Shown here piece after piece: positions 28,002 through 36,473 of a stretch of DNA of 49,399 nucleotides. This stretch comes from an uncultured Gemmatimonadales bacterium (GTDB lineage Bacteria; Gemmatimonadota; Gemmatimonadetes; Gemmatimonadales; Gemmatimonadaceae). The stretch covers positions 1 to 49,399 of the forward strand of contig CAWKMU010000002.1 of NCBI GenBank assembly GCA_963850905.1, written 5' to 3'. The notes below the pieces were generated by a model that was not told the DNA's origin, did no database searches, and saw nothing but the letters and a program-made list of their open reading frames with translations. The translations under genes and the position numbers were made by a program. How positions within the stretch are numbered: position 1 is the stretch's first letter; each line of letters starts with the position of its first letter.

Positions 28002-29169
28002 GGCTCGGTCCGGAGGACGGGGAGGAAGGATTGTCCGGCATCACCGGCAACTCACGGGCACGATTCCGCTCGCGGACCTGGTGGATCCCGGTCGCTGCGG
28101 CATGCGCGATGACACCGCCGACTGCACCGACGGCCAGCGCCGCGCCCATGATGTCGGCTGTGCGCTCGACGCCGAGGCCCGTCACATTTGGCAATCGACC
28201 ATAGAACGGCGTCATCACATCCCAGAACGATCGCTCGGTACACCCGAGGCACGGGTGGCCAGCGCCGATCGGCCAACTCGTGTGGTCGTTCCACATGAAG
28301 ACCGGGCACGGTGAAAACGTCGCCGGCCCTTTGCACCCGACCTTGTAGAGGCACCACCCCTTGCGCGCCGCGTCATCGTCGAATGCGTCGACGAACTGAC
28401 CGGCATCATAGTGGGCGCGCCGTGAGCAGACATCGTGGATGCGCTGGCCGTAGGCGAAGAGCGGACGCCCTTCACTGTCGACCGCGGGAAGGCGTCCAAA
28501 AGTCAGGTAGTTCACGATCGTCGCCGTAATGACGTCGGCGATCGGAGGACAGCCTGCGATGTTGACGACATCGCGCCCCTTGAGCACGTCGGCCACGCCC
28601 ACTGCGCCCGTCGGATTCGGTCGGGACGCCTGAATGTTGCCCCAGTGGGCGCAAGCGCCCACCGCGACGATCGCCGCAGCACCCTCCGCCGCCTCCACCA
28701 AAATCTCGCGCGCGGTTCGGCCTCCGATCGTCGTGTAAATCCCGTTCTCATTGAGTGGGATCGATCCGGTGACGACGAGCACGTACTTGCCATGGTTCTC
28801 GGCCATCGCGCTGTGGAGTGCCCGCTCGGCAGCCGACCCGGCAGCCGCCATCAGGTTCTCCTGGAAATCGAGCGAGATGAGATCGAGAACGAGCGTGCCG
28901 ATCGTCGGGTCCGCGCTGCGCAAGACGGACTCGGTGCAACCCGTGCACTCTTGCAGCGACAGCCACACGACGCTGGGCCGGCGCTGCTCCTCCAGCGCCC
29001 GGGCGATCCGCGCCCCGCCGAGGCTCCCGAGGCCGAGCATGACTGCCATCTGCGAGCAGAAGCTCAGAAACTCGCGCCGACTGACGCCGCGCTGCGTCAG
29101 TTGCTCCGTCAGCGGCGCCGTGTCAGACCAGGGAACGGCTGGAGGCGTGTACACAATGCGCTCCGGCAT
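27988..29169 (-). CDS. Group 1 [NiFe] hydrogenase small subunit with Tat signal and C-terminal membrane anchor
   Basis: SRREFL Tat motif, QECTGCTES, GACAHWG, GCPP, HDVC...CLYKVGCKGP, WPIGAGHPCLGC, hydrophobic C-tail; start uncertain (29169-29253). Confidence 0.96.
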   Translation of the reverse strand: MPERIVYTPPAVPWSDTAPLTEQLTQRGVSRREFLSFCSQMAVMLGLGSLGGARIARALEEQRRPSVVWLSLQECTGCTESVLRSADPTIGTLVLDLISLDFQENLMAAAGSAAERALHSAMAENHGKYVLVVTGSIPLNENGIYTTIGGRTAREILVEAAEGAAAIVAVGACAHWGNIQASRPNPTGAVGVADVLKGRDVVNIAGCPPIADVITATIVNYLTFGRLPAVDSEGRPLFAYGQRIHDVCSRRAHYDAGQFVDAFDDDAARKGWCLYKVGCKGPATFSPCPVFMWNDHTSWPIGAGHPCLGCTERSFWDVMTPFYGRLPNVTGLGVERTADIMGAALAVGAVGGVIAHAAATGIHQVRERNRARELPVMPDNPSSPSSGPSHGSD

Positions 29170-29446
29170 GGGTGAGACGCCGCATTGGCCGAGCGTCTTC
29201 GCCGCGGCGTCGTACGAGGCATTGAGCGGTGTCAGCACCGCGCAGTCGCCCAACGCGCGCTAAGTGACCATCACACGGCCGACCGCGCCAGAGGCGATTC
29301 CCCTACACGGCGTGCCAGCGCCGAAGAGCTCGTTCACCGATCGGAGACCAACCGGCGGGGTCGCACCAGCATCCTGTTCGGTACACCCAGGGGTCCGTGC
29401 TGGCCGCGTGCGAGTGCGTTACGGAATCGAGACTCGGTGACGAAGT

Positions 29447-29463
29447 GTCAGGTAATTCCCGAC
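29447..29463. promoter_or_regulatory. Palindromic candidate transcription-factor site in the divergent hydrogenase/cytochrome control region
   Basis: GTCAGG TAATT CCCGAC, about 100 bp upstream of the 29565 start. Confidence 0.55.
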
Positions 29464-29564
29464 TTGCCGCAGGTGGGCCGAATACAGACGTTCCACCTCT
29501 GATCATTTCAGCAGCACCTCGACGGTGCTGGACGCAGTCGGTCACCTGAAGCGAGCACACGGAC

Positions 29565-31115
29565 ATGCAGCCGATCGTGCGCAGGTGGATTATTGCGGCC
29601 GTAGTGACCGTGGCCACGGTGGCCGGGGTCGTGGCGTGCGTCAGTGATCACATTATCTACAAGAGCACGCAGTTCCCCGCCCCGCCGTCGGGCGCCGCTG
29701 ACTACGTCGGGTATGCGGAGGTCTCAGCGAAGATGACGGTGTGCGGCAACTGCCACATCGATCGGCAGACGGAGTGGCTGGCTACCAAGCATGCAAGCGC
29801 ATGGGCGGACCTGATCGCGACGGGCGAGAACCCAGCGCCCTGCGCGATGTGCCACACGGTGAACAACAACGGCAATCAGCCCGCTGGCGCCGACACCGCG
29901 GTCGGGTATCGATCGACGCTCGCGGCGCGTTACCAAGATGTGCAGTGCGAATCATGCCACGGCCCAGGCTTGACGCACGTCACGAGTCCCTCGATCACCA
30001 ACCGGCCGCTCGCGTCCCTCGACGTCGGTTCGGTGGCTACCACCATCAAGGCGTGCGGTCAATGCCACCATGGCGCGCACGAGCCCTTCGAGGACGAGTG
30101 GTCGATGTCGCGCCATGCGACCGTGCCCGTCTGGAAGACCGGCGCACATCCCGAGGCCAACCCCGCCTGCCAGTCATGTCACACGGGGCAAGGCGCTCTC
30201 CTCGCCTGGGGCGTGAGCACGAATTACAAGGAAGCGGGCTTCGCCGGGGGTGACACGCTCAACATCACGTGCGGTGTGTGTCACGACCCGCACCCGATCA
30301 ACCTCTATCCGGCGCAGCTGCGGTTCCCCGACTCCGTCCCGGACGTCCAGACCAACCTCTGCATGAAGTGCCACCAAAACGGCAGCGGGTTGGACCCCGA
30401 GACGGTGAAGTATGGGCCGCACTCGCCCGAAGGCCCGCTGCTCTTGGGAATCGCCGGCTGGTGGCCGCCCAACCTCCAGGTGGCAGGTGGGCTGGATACG
30501 ATCGTGAGCACCCACGGGACCACGGCCAATCCCAGGCTCTGCGCGACGTGCCACGTCAACCCGTTCACCGTGACCGATTCCTCGGGCAAGTTCGTGCTCA
30601 GTGTGACGGGCCATCTGTTCGAGGCCGCGCCGTGCGTAAACTCGCAGGGCATCCCAACAGGAGATACGATCTGCGTGACGTCTCAGCGGAGTTTCGCTGC
30701 CTGCGCCGCGAGCGGGTGTCATGGCAACGCCGCAGCGGCCGCGTCCGCATTCACCTCCGAGCAGGCCCTCGTGGCGTCGCTGGACACGACGCTCCGGGCG
30801 CAGCTCACGACGGTGCTGACTGCTACGCCGGCTGAGACCGCGTCGGCGAACACGACGTTCACGGTTGCACAAGGCTCGCTGTTTAACGCCAAGCTGGCAG
30901 AGTTCCGTGGATCGTTCGTTCACAATCCGTTCTTGATTCAGGCGCTGCTCACGGCGAGCATCGAGGAGATGACGGCACAGTACGGGGTGATGGCCGCTCG
31001 CGTGCGGTCCTTGCCCGAGATCATGGCGCGGTATCGCGCGTACAAGCTCCATCATCTCGCTCCGGCCGGCATTCCAAGAGTGAGTCCGACCATCATCCGT
31101 CTCGGGCAGCGTTAG
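29565..31115 (+). CDS. Multiheme c-type cytochrome lipoprotein (8 CxxCH + 1 CX4CH)
   Basis: Signal ending VVAC; CGNCH, CAMCH, CESCH, CGQCH, CQSCH, CGVCH, CMKCH, CATCH, CAASGCH; helical C-terminal region. Confidence 0.9.
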   Translation: MQPIVRRWIIAAVVTVATVAGVVACVSDHIIYKSTQFPAPPSGAADYVGYAEVSAKMTVCGNCHIDRQTEWLATKHASAWADLIATGENPAPCAMCHTVNNNGNQPAGADTAVGYRSTLAARYQDVQCESCHGPGLTHVTSPSITNRPLASLDVGSVATTIKACGQCHHGAHEPFEDEWSMSRHATVPVWKTGAHPEANPACQSCHTGQGALLAWGVSTNYKEAGFAGGDTLNITCGVCHDPHPINLYPAQLRFPDSVPDVQTNLCMKCHQNGSGLDPETVKYGPHSPEGPLLLGIAGWWPPNLQVAGGLDTIVSTHGTTANPRLCATCHVNPFTVTDSSGKFVLSVTGHLFEAAPCVNSQGIPTGDTICVTSQRSFAACAASGCHGNAAAAASAFTSEQALVASLDTTLRAQLTTVLTATPAETASANTTFTVAQGSLFNAKLAEFRGSFVHNPFLIQALLTASIEEMTAQYGVMAARVRSLPEIMARYRAYKLHHLAPAGIPRVSPTIIRLGQR

Positions 31116-31222
31116 CAGCTGGGATGGCGCGGCCACGGCACATCGTCCGCGCAGCCCGCCGCCTGCATGGGCGCTTGCGCGTGATGATGGCCAGCGAGCC
31201 CGCACACGTCGTGGTCTGACCA

Positions 31223-33265
31223 ATGCTATGGCCTGCGGCGTCGGGGGTGATGCTCGCCCGTTCGATTACCGGTGGATGGCAGGCGGTCGAGCGGATCAAA
31301 GGCGACACCGCCGAGCTCGACTCGGTCGTGGTCCGCTCCCCATTGCCTGGCGGCGTCGCGCGCGTCGTCCGCTTCCTTTTCAACCTGCCCGCCTGGTTTC
31401 AGATCGCCGGCTTCATTGCCGGGCTGATCATCGCGGGGGTCGTGGTGGTGCTGCTGTGGCACCGGCGACGGCGCATTGTGGCGTGGTTTCTCCATCGCTC
31501 ACGTGCGGCGCTGGTTGGGCTGGGCGCCGCTGCCGTGGTCGTTCTAACGGCCGCAGCACTCGCCGCGAATGTGAGTTGGAACTACACGCAGCACAACAAC
31601 AATTTTTGCGTGGCGTGCCACGTTATGACGGATGCGTACACGCGCTTCCAGACGAGTGCGCATTGCACATTGCAGTGCCACGACTGCCACGAGCAGTCGA
31701 TCTTCGCCAGCATGATGCAGGTGTACTACTGGGTGGCCGAGCGCCCGCAATCGATTCCGGCTCACGCCAAAGTCCCCACCGCCGTTTGCGCTCGATGTCA
31801 TATCCAGGGCCCGGCGAGCAAGACCTGGCAGCGCGTCATCGCGACCGCCGGGCACAGCGTCCACCTGCGCTCCGACGACCCGCGGCTGCGCAACGTGCAG
31901 TGCGTAACCTGCCACGGGACGGAGCTGCACCGATTTCTCCCGGTCGAAAGCACGTGCGGGCAATCCGGATGCCATGCCGGGATCACGGTCGAGCTGGGCA
32001 AAATGAGGAATCAGACGACCCTCCACTGCGTCACCTGTCATCCGTTCACGACGCCAGTTGTCGAACACCTTTCGCCCGATTCCGCAGCGCGAGCGCTCGC
32101 GCCGGCTATGCAGCAGTGCCTGGACTGCCACGCGATGCGACAGGCTATGGCCTCGTTCAATCCAGTCGCGGACCCACATAAGGGCCAGTGTGGATGGTGT
32201 CACGATCCGCATGTCCAGACCACGCCGGCGGCGGCCTTCACGACCTGTACGAACGCCGGCTGTCACGCGAGCGCGGACACCCTCACCGCAATGCACCGCG
32301 GCCTGCCGCACCACACATTGGCCAACTGCGGCGCATGTCATGCCGCGCACACGTGGAAGGTCGAGGCGACCGCCTGCCTGCGATGTCACAGCAATATTTT
32401 CCGCACCCCTGCCCATCCCGCGGTTCCCGCGCCCGCGCGGACTGCTCGGGCCGCTGGCGCGGCGAGTGACGTCGCTGCCATCCCCGTTGCGAGGCGACCG
32501 GCTGGCCGGGCCAACCCATGGTGGTGGCGGTCGATCGTCTGGGTCGCGCGCCGCGTAATACCACGCGGTGCCCCGCCCCTGATGATGGTGGCCACCACCG
32601 CGCCCGACGACACAGTTCGACGAGGGCTACCGGGGGGGGCCATAGTGCGGGTCGCGATGGCCGCGACGGATACGCTTCCACCATTCTCACATCAGGTCCA
32701 TCGGTCCATTGCGTGTGCTGCCTGTCACAACAGCACGGAGCAACACGGGTCGATCACTGTGCGCTCGCTGCACGACTGCCAGGCGTGCCACCACGCAGTG
32801 ACCCAGCAACGGACCTGCGCGCAGTGCCATGCCAGCGACTCCGTCGCCCGGCGCGCAATGGTTGCCGTGATGATGCGGACATCAGTGCGATCCGTCACCG
32901 AGACCCGGCGGCTACCCTTTCTCCACCAGCAGCACGAGGCCATTGAATGTCGCACCTGTCACACGCAACCGGTGACGCTGGCCGCACGGTCGTGTAGCAA
33001 CTGCCACGCCGATCACCACCGAGTCGAAGCCAGGTGCCTGGACTGCCACGACCCCGCGCCGACATGGCACGATCGCGCCGCGCACACGGGCTGTGGCGGC
33101 TCGGGGTGTCACACCAATGCGGCGGTGCTCGCGCTGCCACCGACGCGCAACGTGTGTCTCGTGTGCCACGCGCAGCAGGTGACACATTATCCGGCACGGG
33201 AATGCACGACGTGTCACGGCGCCTCGTGGACGGTCGCACAGGAGCCAGAGGGAGGTCGGTCATGA
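31223..33265 (+). CDS. Membrane-anchored multiheme cytochrome c with NapC/NirT-like N-terminal module (17 CxxCH + 3 CX4CH)
   Basis: Two N-terminal hydrophobic helices, WNYTQHNNNFCVACHVM (CxxCHxM as in NapC/NrfH), then 19 further heme motifs; start uncertain. Confidence 0.88.
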   Translation: MLWPAASGVMLARSITGGWQAVERIKGDTAELDSVVVRSPLPGGVARVVRFLFNLPAWFQIAGFIAGLIIAGVVVVLLWHRRRRIVAWFLHRSRAALVGLGAAAVVVLTAAALAANVSWNYTQHNNNFCVACHVMTDAYTRFQTSAHCTLQCHDCHEQSIFASMMQVYYWVAERPQSIPAHAKVPTAVCARCHIQGPASKTWQRVIATAGHSVHLRSDDPRLRNVQCVTCHGTELHRFLPVESTCGQSGCHAGITVELGKMRNQTTLHCVTCHPFTTPVVEHLSPDSAARALAPAMQQCLDCHAMRQAMASFNPVADPHKGQCGWCHDPHVQTTPAAAFTTCTNAGCHASADTLTAMHRGLPHHTLANCGACHAAHTWKVEATACLRCHSNIFRTPAHPAVPAPARTARAAGAASDVAAIPVARRPAGRANPWWWRSIVWVARRVIPRGAPPLMMVATTAPDDTVRRGLPGGAIVRVAMAATDTLPPFSHQVHRSIACAACHNSTEQHGSITVRSLHDCQACHHAVTQQRTCAQCHASDSVARRAMVAVMMRTSVRSVTETRRLPFLHQQHEAIECRTCHTQPVTLAARSCSNCHADHHRVEARCLDCHDPAPTWHDRAAHTGCGGSGCHTNAAVLALPPTRNVCLVCHAQQVTHYPARECTTCHGASWTVAQEPEGGRS

Positions 33266-34737
33266 CCATCGGCGGCTACCGCGTAGCCGCCGTCGCCCTC
33301 ATCGGCCTGGGTCTTTCGGCACATTCCTCGTGCGCGCAGGGCGTGCGCATCACCGGGACGACCACCGTGGACTACGAGGAGTTACAACCGCTCGTAGTCG
33401 ACAGCGTACCGCTATCGGCCGCGACAACCGACACCGGACTGCTGCGTCAAACCGCCAACGGCACCATCGTGGAGTGCGTCGGCGTCGACCAGTATTGCAG
33501 CTATTACCGGTCCGCGAGCACTCTCAGCACCGTCCCGATCCTCCAGGATGTGACGCTGGCGGGCTGGGGCTTGGGAGAGGGCGTCAGCATCTACGCCGAT
33601 GCGGAGGTGCGAACGTCAGTCGGCAGCGCGCCCGACGTCCTGCCGCTCGCCAGTCAACACTTCGATCTCATTGCCGCCTATGCGGAGCTCGACCGCAGCA
33701 TCGTGCGAGCGCGGCTCGGCCGACAGTGGATCACCTCTCCACTCGGCTACTACGCCTTCGACGGCGGCTCGGTGCTCGTCGCACCGGCTCGTGGCCTCAC
33801 GACTCAAGTCTACGGCGGCTGGGGCTTGGCTCAGGCGCTCACATACGAGCGCACGAGCCCCGTGATATCCGCCGTCGAGAGTCTCGCGCCCACTGACCCT
33901 GGATATATTCTCGGCGCCAGCGTGGACTACCACCCCACGGGGGTGGCCGGCGTAAGCGTGCAATACCAGCGTGAGATCGAGACGAATTTCGAGGGACTCT
34001 ACTCCGAGCGGGTCGCGGGCAGCGGGGACCTCCGAATCGGACGGACGCTGTTCGACGCCCAGATCATCTACGACATCGCGACTGGTGACGTCAATAACGC
34101 AGACCTGCGCGCGCAGCTCCCGCTGGGCACGCAGTGGACGCTGACCGGCCAGATCCGACACTATGTCCCCTTCTTCGAGCTGTGGACGATCTGGGGCGCG
34201 TTCTCACCCGTCGGCTACAACCAGGGCCTGCTCTCCGCGTCCTGGGGCAGGACCGACCAGCGCTTTCGCATCGACGCGAGCGCGGACTACCGCCAGTACG
34301 AGAACACCGATGCGGGCCTCAGTTTCCTTCCGCTCAGGTCCAATGGCTTCGATGTGGGTCTCGACGGCACGTGGCGGGTCACCCCGGTGTGGAGCGTGCT
34401 CGGGGGGTACCACCTGCTCGTCGGCGTGGGTTCCTCGCGCAGCGACGGAGACGCTGGGGTTCGCTGGGGAGTCGGCAGGCGCGGATCCATCGGGCTCACG
34501 GGCTCGGCTTTCCAGAGCATCGACGAATTCACCATTGGCACGGGACTCGTCCTGGGACTCGCGGCAAACGGCTCATATCGCCTCATGGACGTGCTCCGCC
34601 TGCAGGCGGACTTCGGGGCCTATCACCATGTGGGGACCGACACGCCACAAATTGCGAACTGGGACCAGCGGCGAGCCTCGGTACAGCTCATGTGGACCGT
34701 CGGGCGAGACCCGGGTCTGTCATGGATGCATCAATGA
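33262..34737 (+). CDS. Putative outer-membrane beta-barrel (porin-like) protein
   Basis: 491 aa; Sec-like leader; alternating amphipathic strands rich in G/Y/W (AYAELD, RARLGRQW, DGGSVLV, VGLDGTWRV, ASVQLMWTV); ATGA-coupled to cytochrome genes on both sides. Confidence 0.75.
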   Translation: MTIGGYRVAAVALIGLGLSAHSSCAQGVRITGTTTVDYEELQPLVVDSVPLSAATTDTGLLRQTANGTIVECVGVDQYCSYYRSASTLSTVPILQDVTLAGWGLGEGVSIYADAEVRTSVGSAPDVLPLASQHFDLIAAYAELDRSIVRARLGRQWITSPLGYYAFDGGSVLVAPARGLTTQVYGGWGLAQALTYERTSPVISAVESLAPTDPGYILGASVDYHPTGVAGVSVQYQREIETNFEGLYSERVAGSGDLRIGRTLFDAQIIYDIATGDVNNADLRAQLPLGTQWTLTGQIRHYVPFFELWTIWGAFSPVGYNQGLLSASWGRTDQRFRIDASADYRQYENTDAGLSFLPLRSNGFDVGLDGTWRVTPVWSVLGGYHLLVGVGSSRSDGDAGVRWGVGRRGSIGLTGSAFQSIDEFTIGTGLVLGLAANGSYRLMDVLRLQADFGAYHHVGTDTPQIANWDQRRASVQLMWTVGRDPGLSWMHQ

Positions 34738-36305
34738 GGCTGCGCGTGGTTCTAATGCTCCTCGCCTCGGGCTCAGTCGCAGGAGCCCAGCCGCAGGTGC
34801 AGGACTCCTTCCCTCATGTTCGCCACGCGAAGATGTTCCCCACCTGTGAGGCGTGTCACGCCGGCATCGCCACTGGCAACACCGCGACCAGCTACCCCGC
34901 CCCCGCGCTATGCGCCAATTGCCACGACGGCCGCGTCGCACGTGTCGTCACGTGGAATGGTCCGGCACTCCACCCGACCAATCTCGCGTTTTCTCACCAG
35001 CGGCACGCGCAGGCAGAGGCTCGAGCCGGCAGCACGATTATCCCGTGTGCGAGTTGTCACGCGCGGCCCGACAGCGCGCGAATATGGATGGCCGTCGGGC
35101 GCGCACCCCCCGTAGCGTGCCTTGCGTGCCATGCGCACGCGGCCAGCGGCCATCTCGCGGACGACAACGGGTGTACCACGTGCCATGTGCCACTGACCCG
35201 CGCCACCACCTTGACGACGGCAACAATCGCTGCGTTTCCGCGTCCACCATCCCACGACCAACCTGGGTTTTTGTCCGCGCACGCCCCCAGAACCGCACCA
35301 GATGAGGCGCGGTGCGCGACGTGCCACACCCGGGAAAGCTGTGAACGGTGCCACGTGAATGCTGACAAACTCGCCACCATTATCGAGCTCGGATCCGACG
35401 CGCGCGTCGCACGCATAGTTGCAGGCCGGGCAGGAGTCTACCCGGTCCCGACCGACCACCAAACATCGCGGTGGGCGACGGACCACGCAGATGCCGCGCG
35501 GCGCTCCATTGCGACATGTGCAAATTGTCACGCCCAGTCGAGCTGCAAGGCCTGTCACATTGGAGTCGGCCCGATCGCGTCCATAGCTGCGCTCCCCGTT
35601 GCTGTCCCCGGCAAGGCCCAGGGGGTCGTGGTCCGACACACGCCGACCGGCGCGCCACCCATACCCACGCCGGGGATCAACCCGGCGCCTCCACAAGCGG
35701 CGCGCACCCCGGATTCGGGAAATGCACGCGCCAGCGTCCGGGGTCCGGGTGGCTCCGCGCCCGTTGCGGCGCGCGATAGCGGTGGCCTCTACCTGGTGCA
35801 GGTTCACTGGCCCGGCTTCCTCACATCGCACGCCCCGATTGCCGCGACCGGTCAGCTCGCCTGCGCGAGCTGCCACACCCAGCGCTTCTGTACCGACTGT
35901 CACGCCGGAGAGCAGCGCCGCAATTTCCACCCCGCGAACTTCATCGCACGACATGCCAACGAATCGTACAACCGCCAGATCGACTGCACGAATTGTCATA
36001 ACCCTGAGGCATTTTGTCGCACGTGCCACTTCAATGTCGGCGTAGGCACGCGCAATCCGCGGAATGCCGCGTTCCATACCGGCCAACCGCTGTGGCTGCT
36101 CCAACACGGACAAGCGGCTCGCCAGTCACTCGAGAGCTGCACGACCTGCCATCAACAACAGGACTGCATGCGCTGCCACTCAACACTCGGGTGGGGTGTC
36201 AATCCGCACGGGCCTGGCTTTGATCCGCGACGCATGGCCGCTCGCAACCTCCAGGTCTGCCTCGAGTGCCACCTGACGAATCCGTTGACCAGCCCGGGGC
36301 AATAG
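34734..36305 (+). CDS. Secreted 16-heme c-type cytochrome
   Basis: 523 aa; leader MRLRVVLMLLASGSVAGA; 16 CxxCH; FPH..H and FSH..H cytochrome c3/c7-like distal His motifs; five doubled CxxCH pairs. Confidence 0.9.
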   Translation: MRLRVVLMLLASGSVAGAQPQVQDSFPHVRHAKMFPTCEACHAGIATGNTATSYPAPALCANCHDGRVARVVTWNGPALHPTNLAFSHQRHAQAEARAGSTIIPCASCHARPDSARIWMAVGRAPPVACLACHAHAASGHLADDNGCTTCHVPLTRATTLTTATIAAFPRPPSHDQPGFLSAHAPRTAPDEARCATCHTRESCERCHVNADKLATIIELGSDARVARIVAGRAGVYPVPTDHQTSRWATDHADAARRSIATCANCHAQSSCKACHIGVGPIASIAALPVAVPGKAQGVVVRHTPTGAPPIPTPGINPAPPQAARTPDSGNARASVRGPGGSAPVAARDSGGLYLVQVHWPGFLTSHAPIAATGQLACASCHTQRFCTDCHAGEQRRNFHPANFIARHANESYNRQIDCTNCHNPEAFCRTCHFNVGVGTRNPRNAAFHTGQPLWLLQHGQAARQSLESCTTCHQQQDCMRCHSTLGWGVNPHGPGFDPRRMAARNLQVCLECHLTNPLTSPGQ

Positions 36306-36473
36306 GAAGTATGGCGACGATGGTACGCGCGCCGCGGCGTCGCCAGTTCGGGTACAGGGCGTCCGGCCGGCTGCCAGCTTTTCCCGCACTTCCATTGAGG
36401 CATCCCCCCGACGCTCGAGCCGTACGCACTCCGATAAACTAACCTCGTCGTCGGGTTCGCCCGCGCGGCGGGA

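Noticed and set aside
33034..34733. Upstream extensions of the barrel (from 33034) and 16-heme (from 34134) ORFs in the track
   Set aside because: They overlap the preceding genes; signal-peptide starts at 33262 and 34734 form clean ATGA couplings
29565..36305. Naming the cluster mtrCAB, pioAB or omcB
   Set aside because: Heme counts (9/20/16), barrel length and gene order do not match, so no symbol is justified without a search
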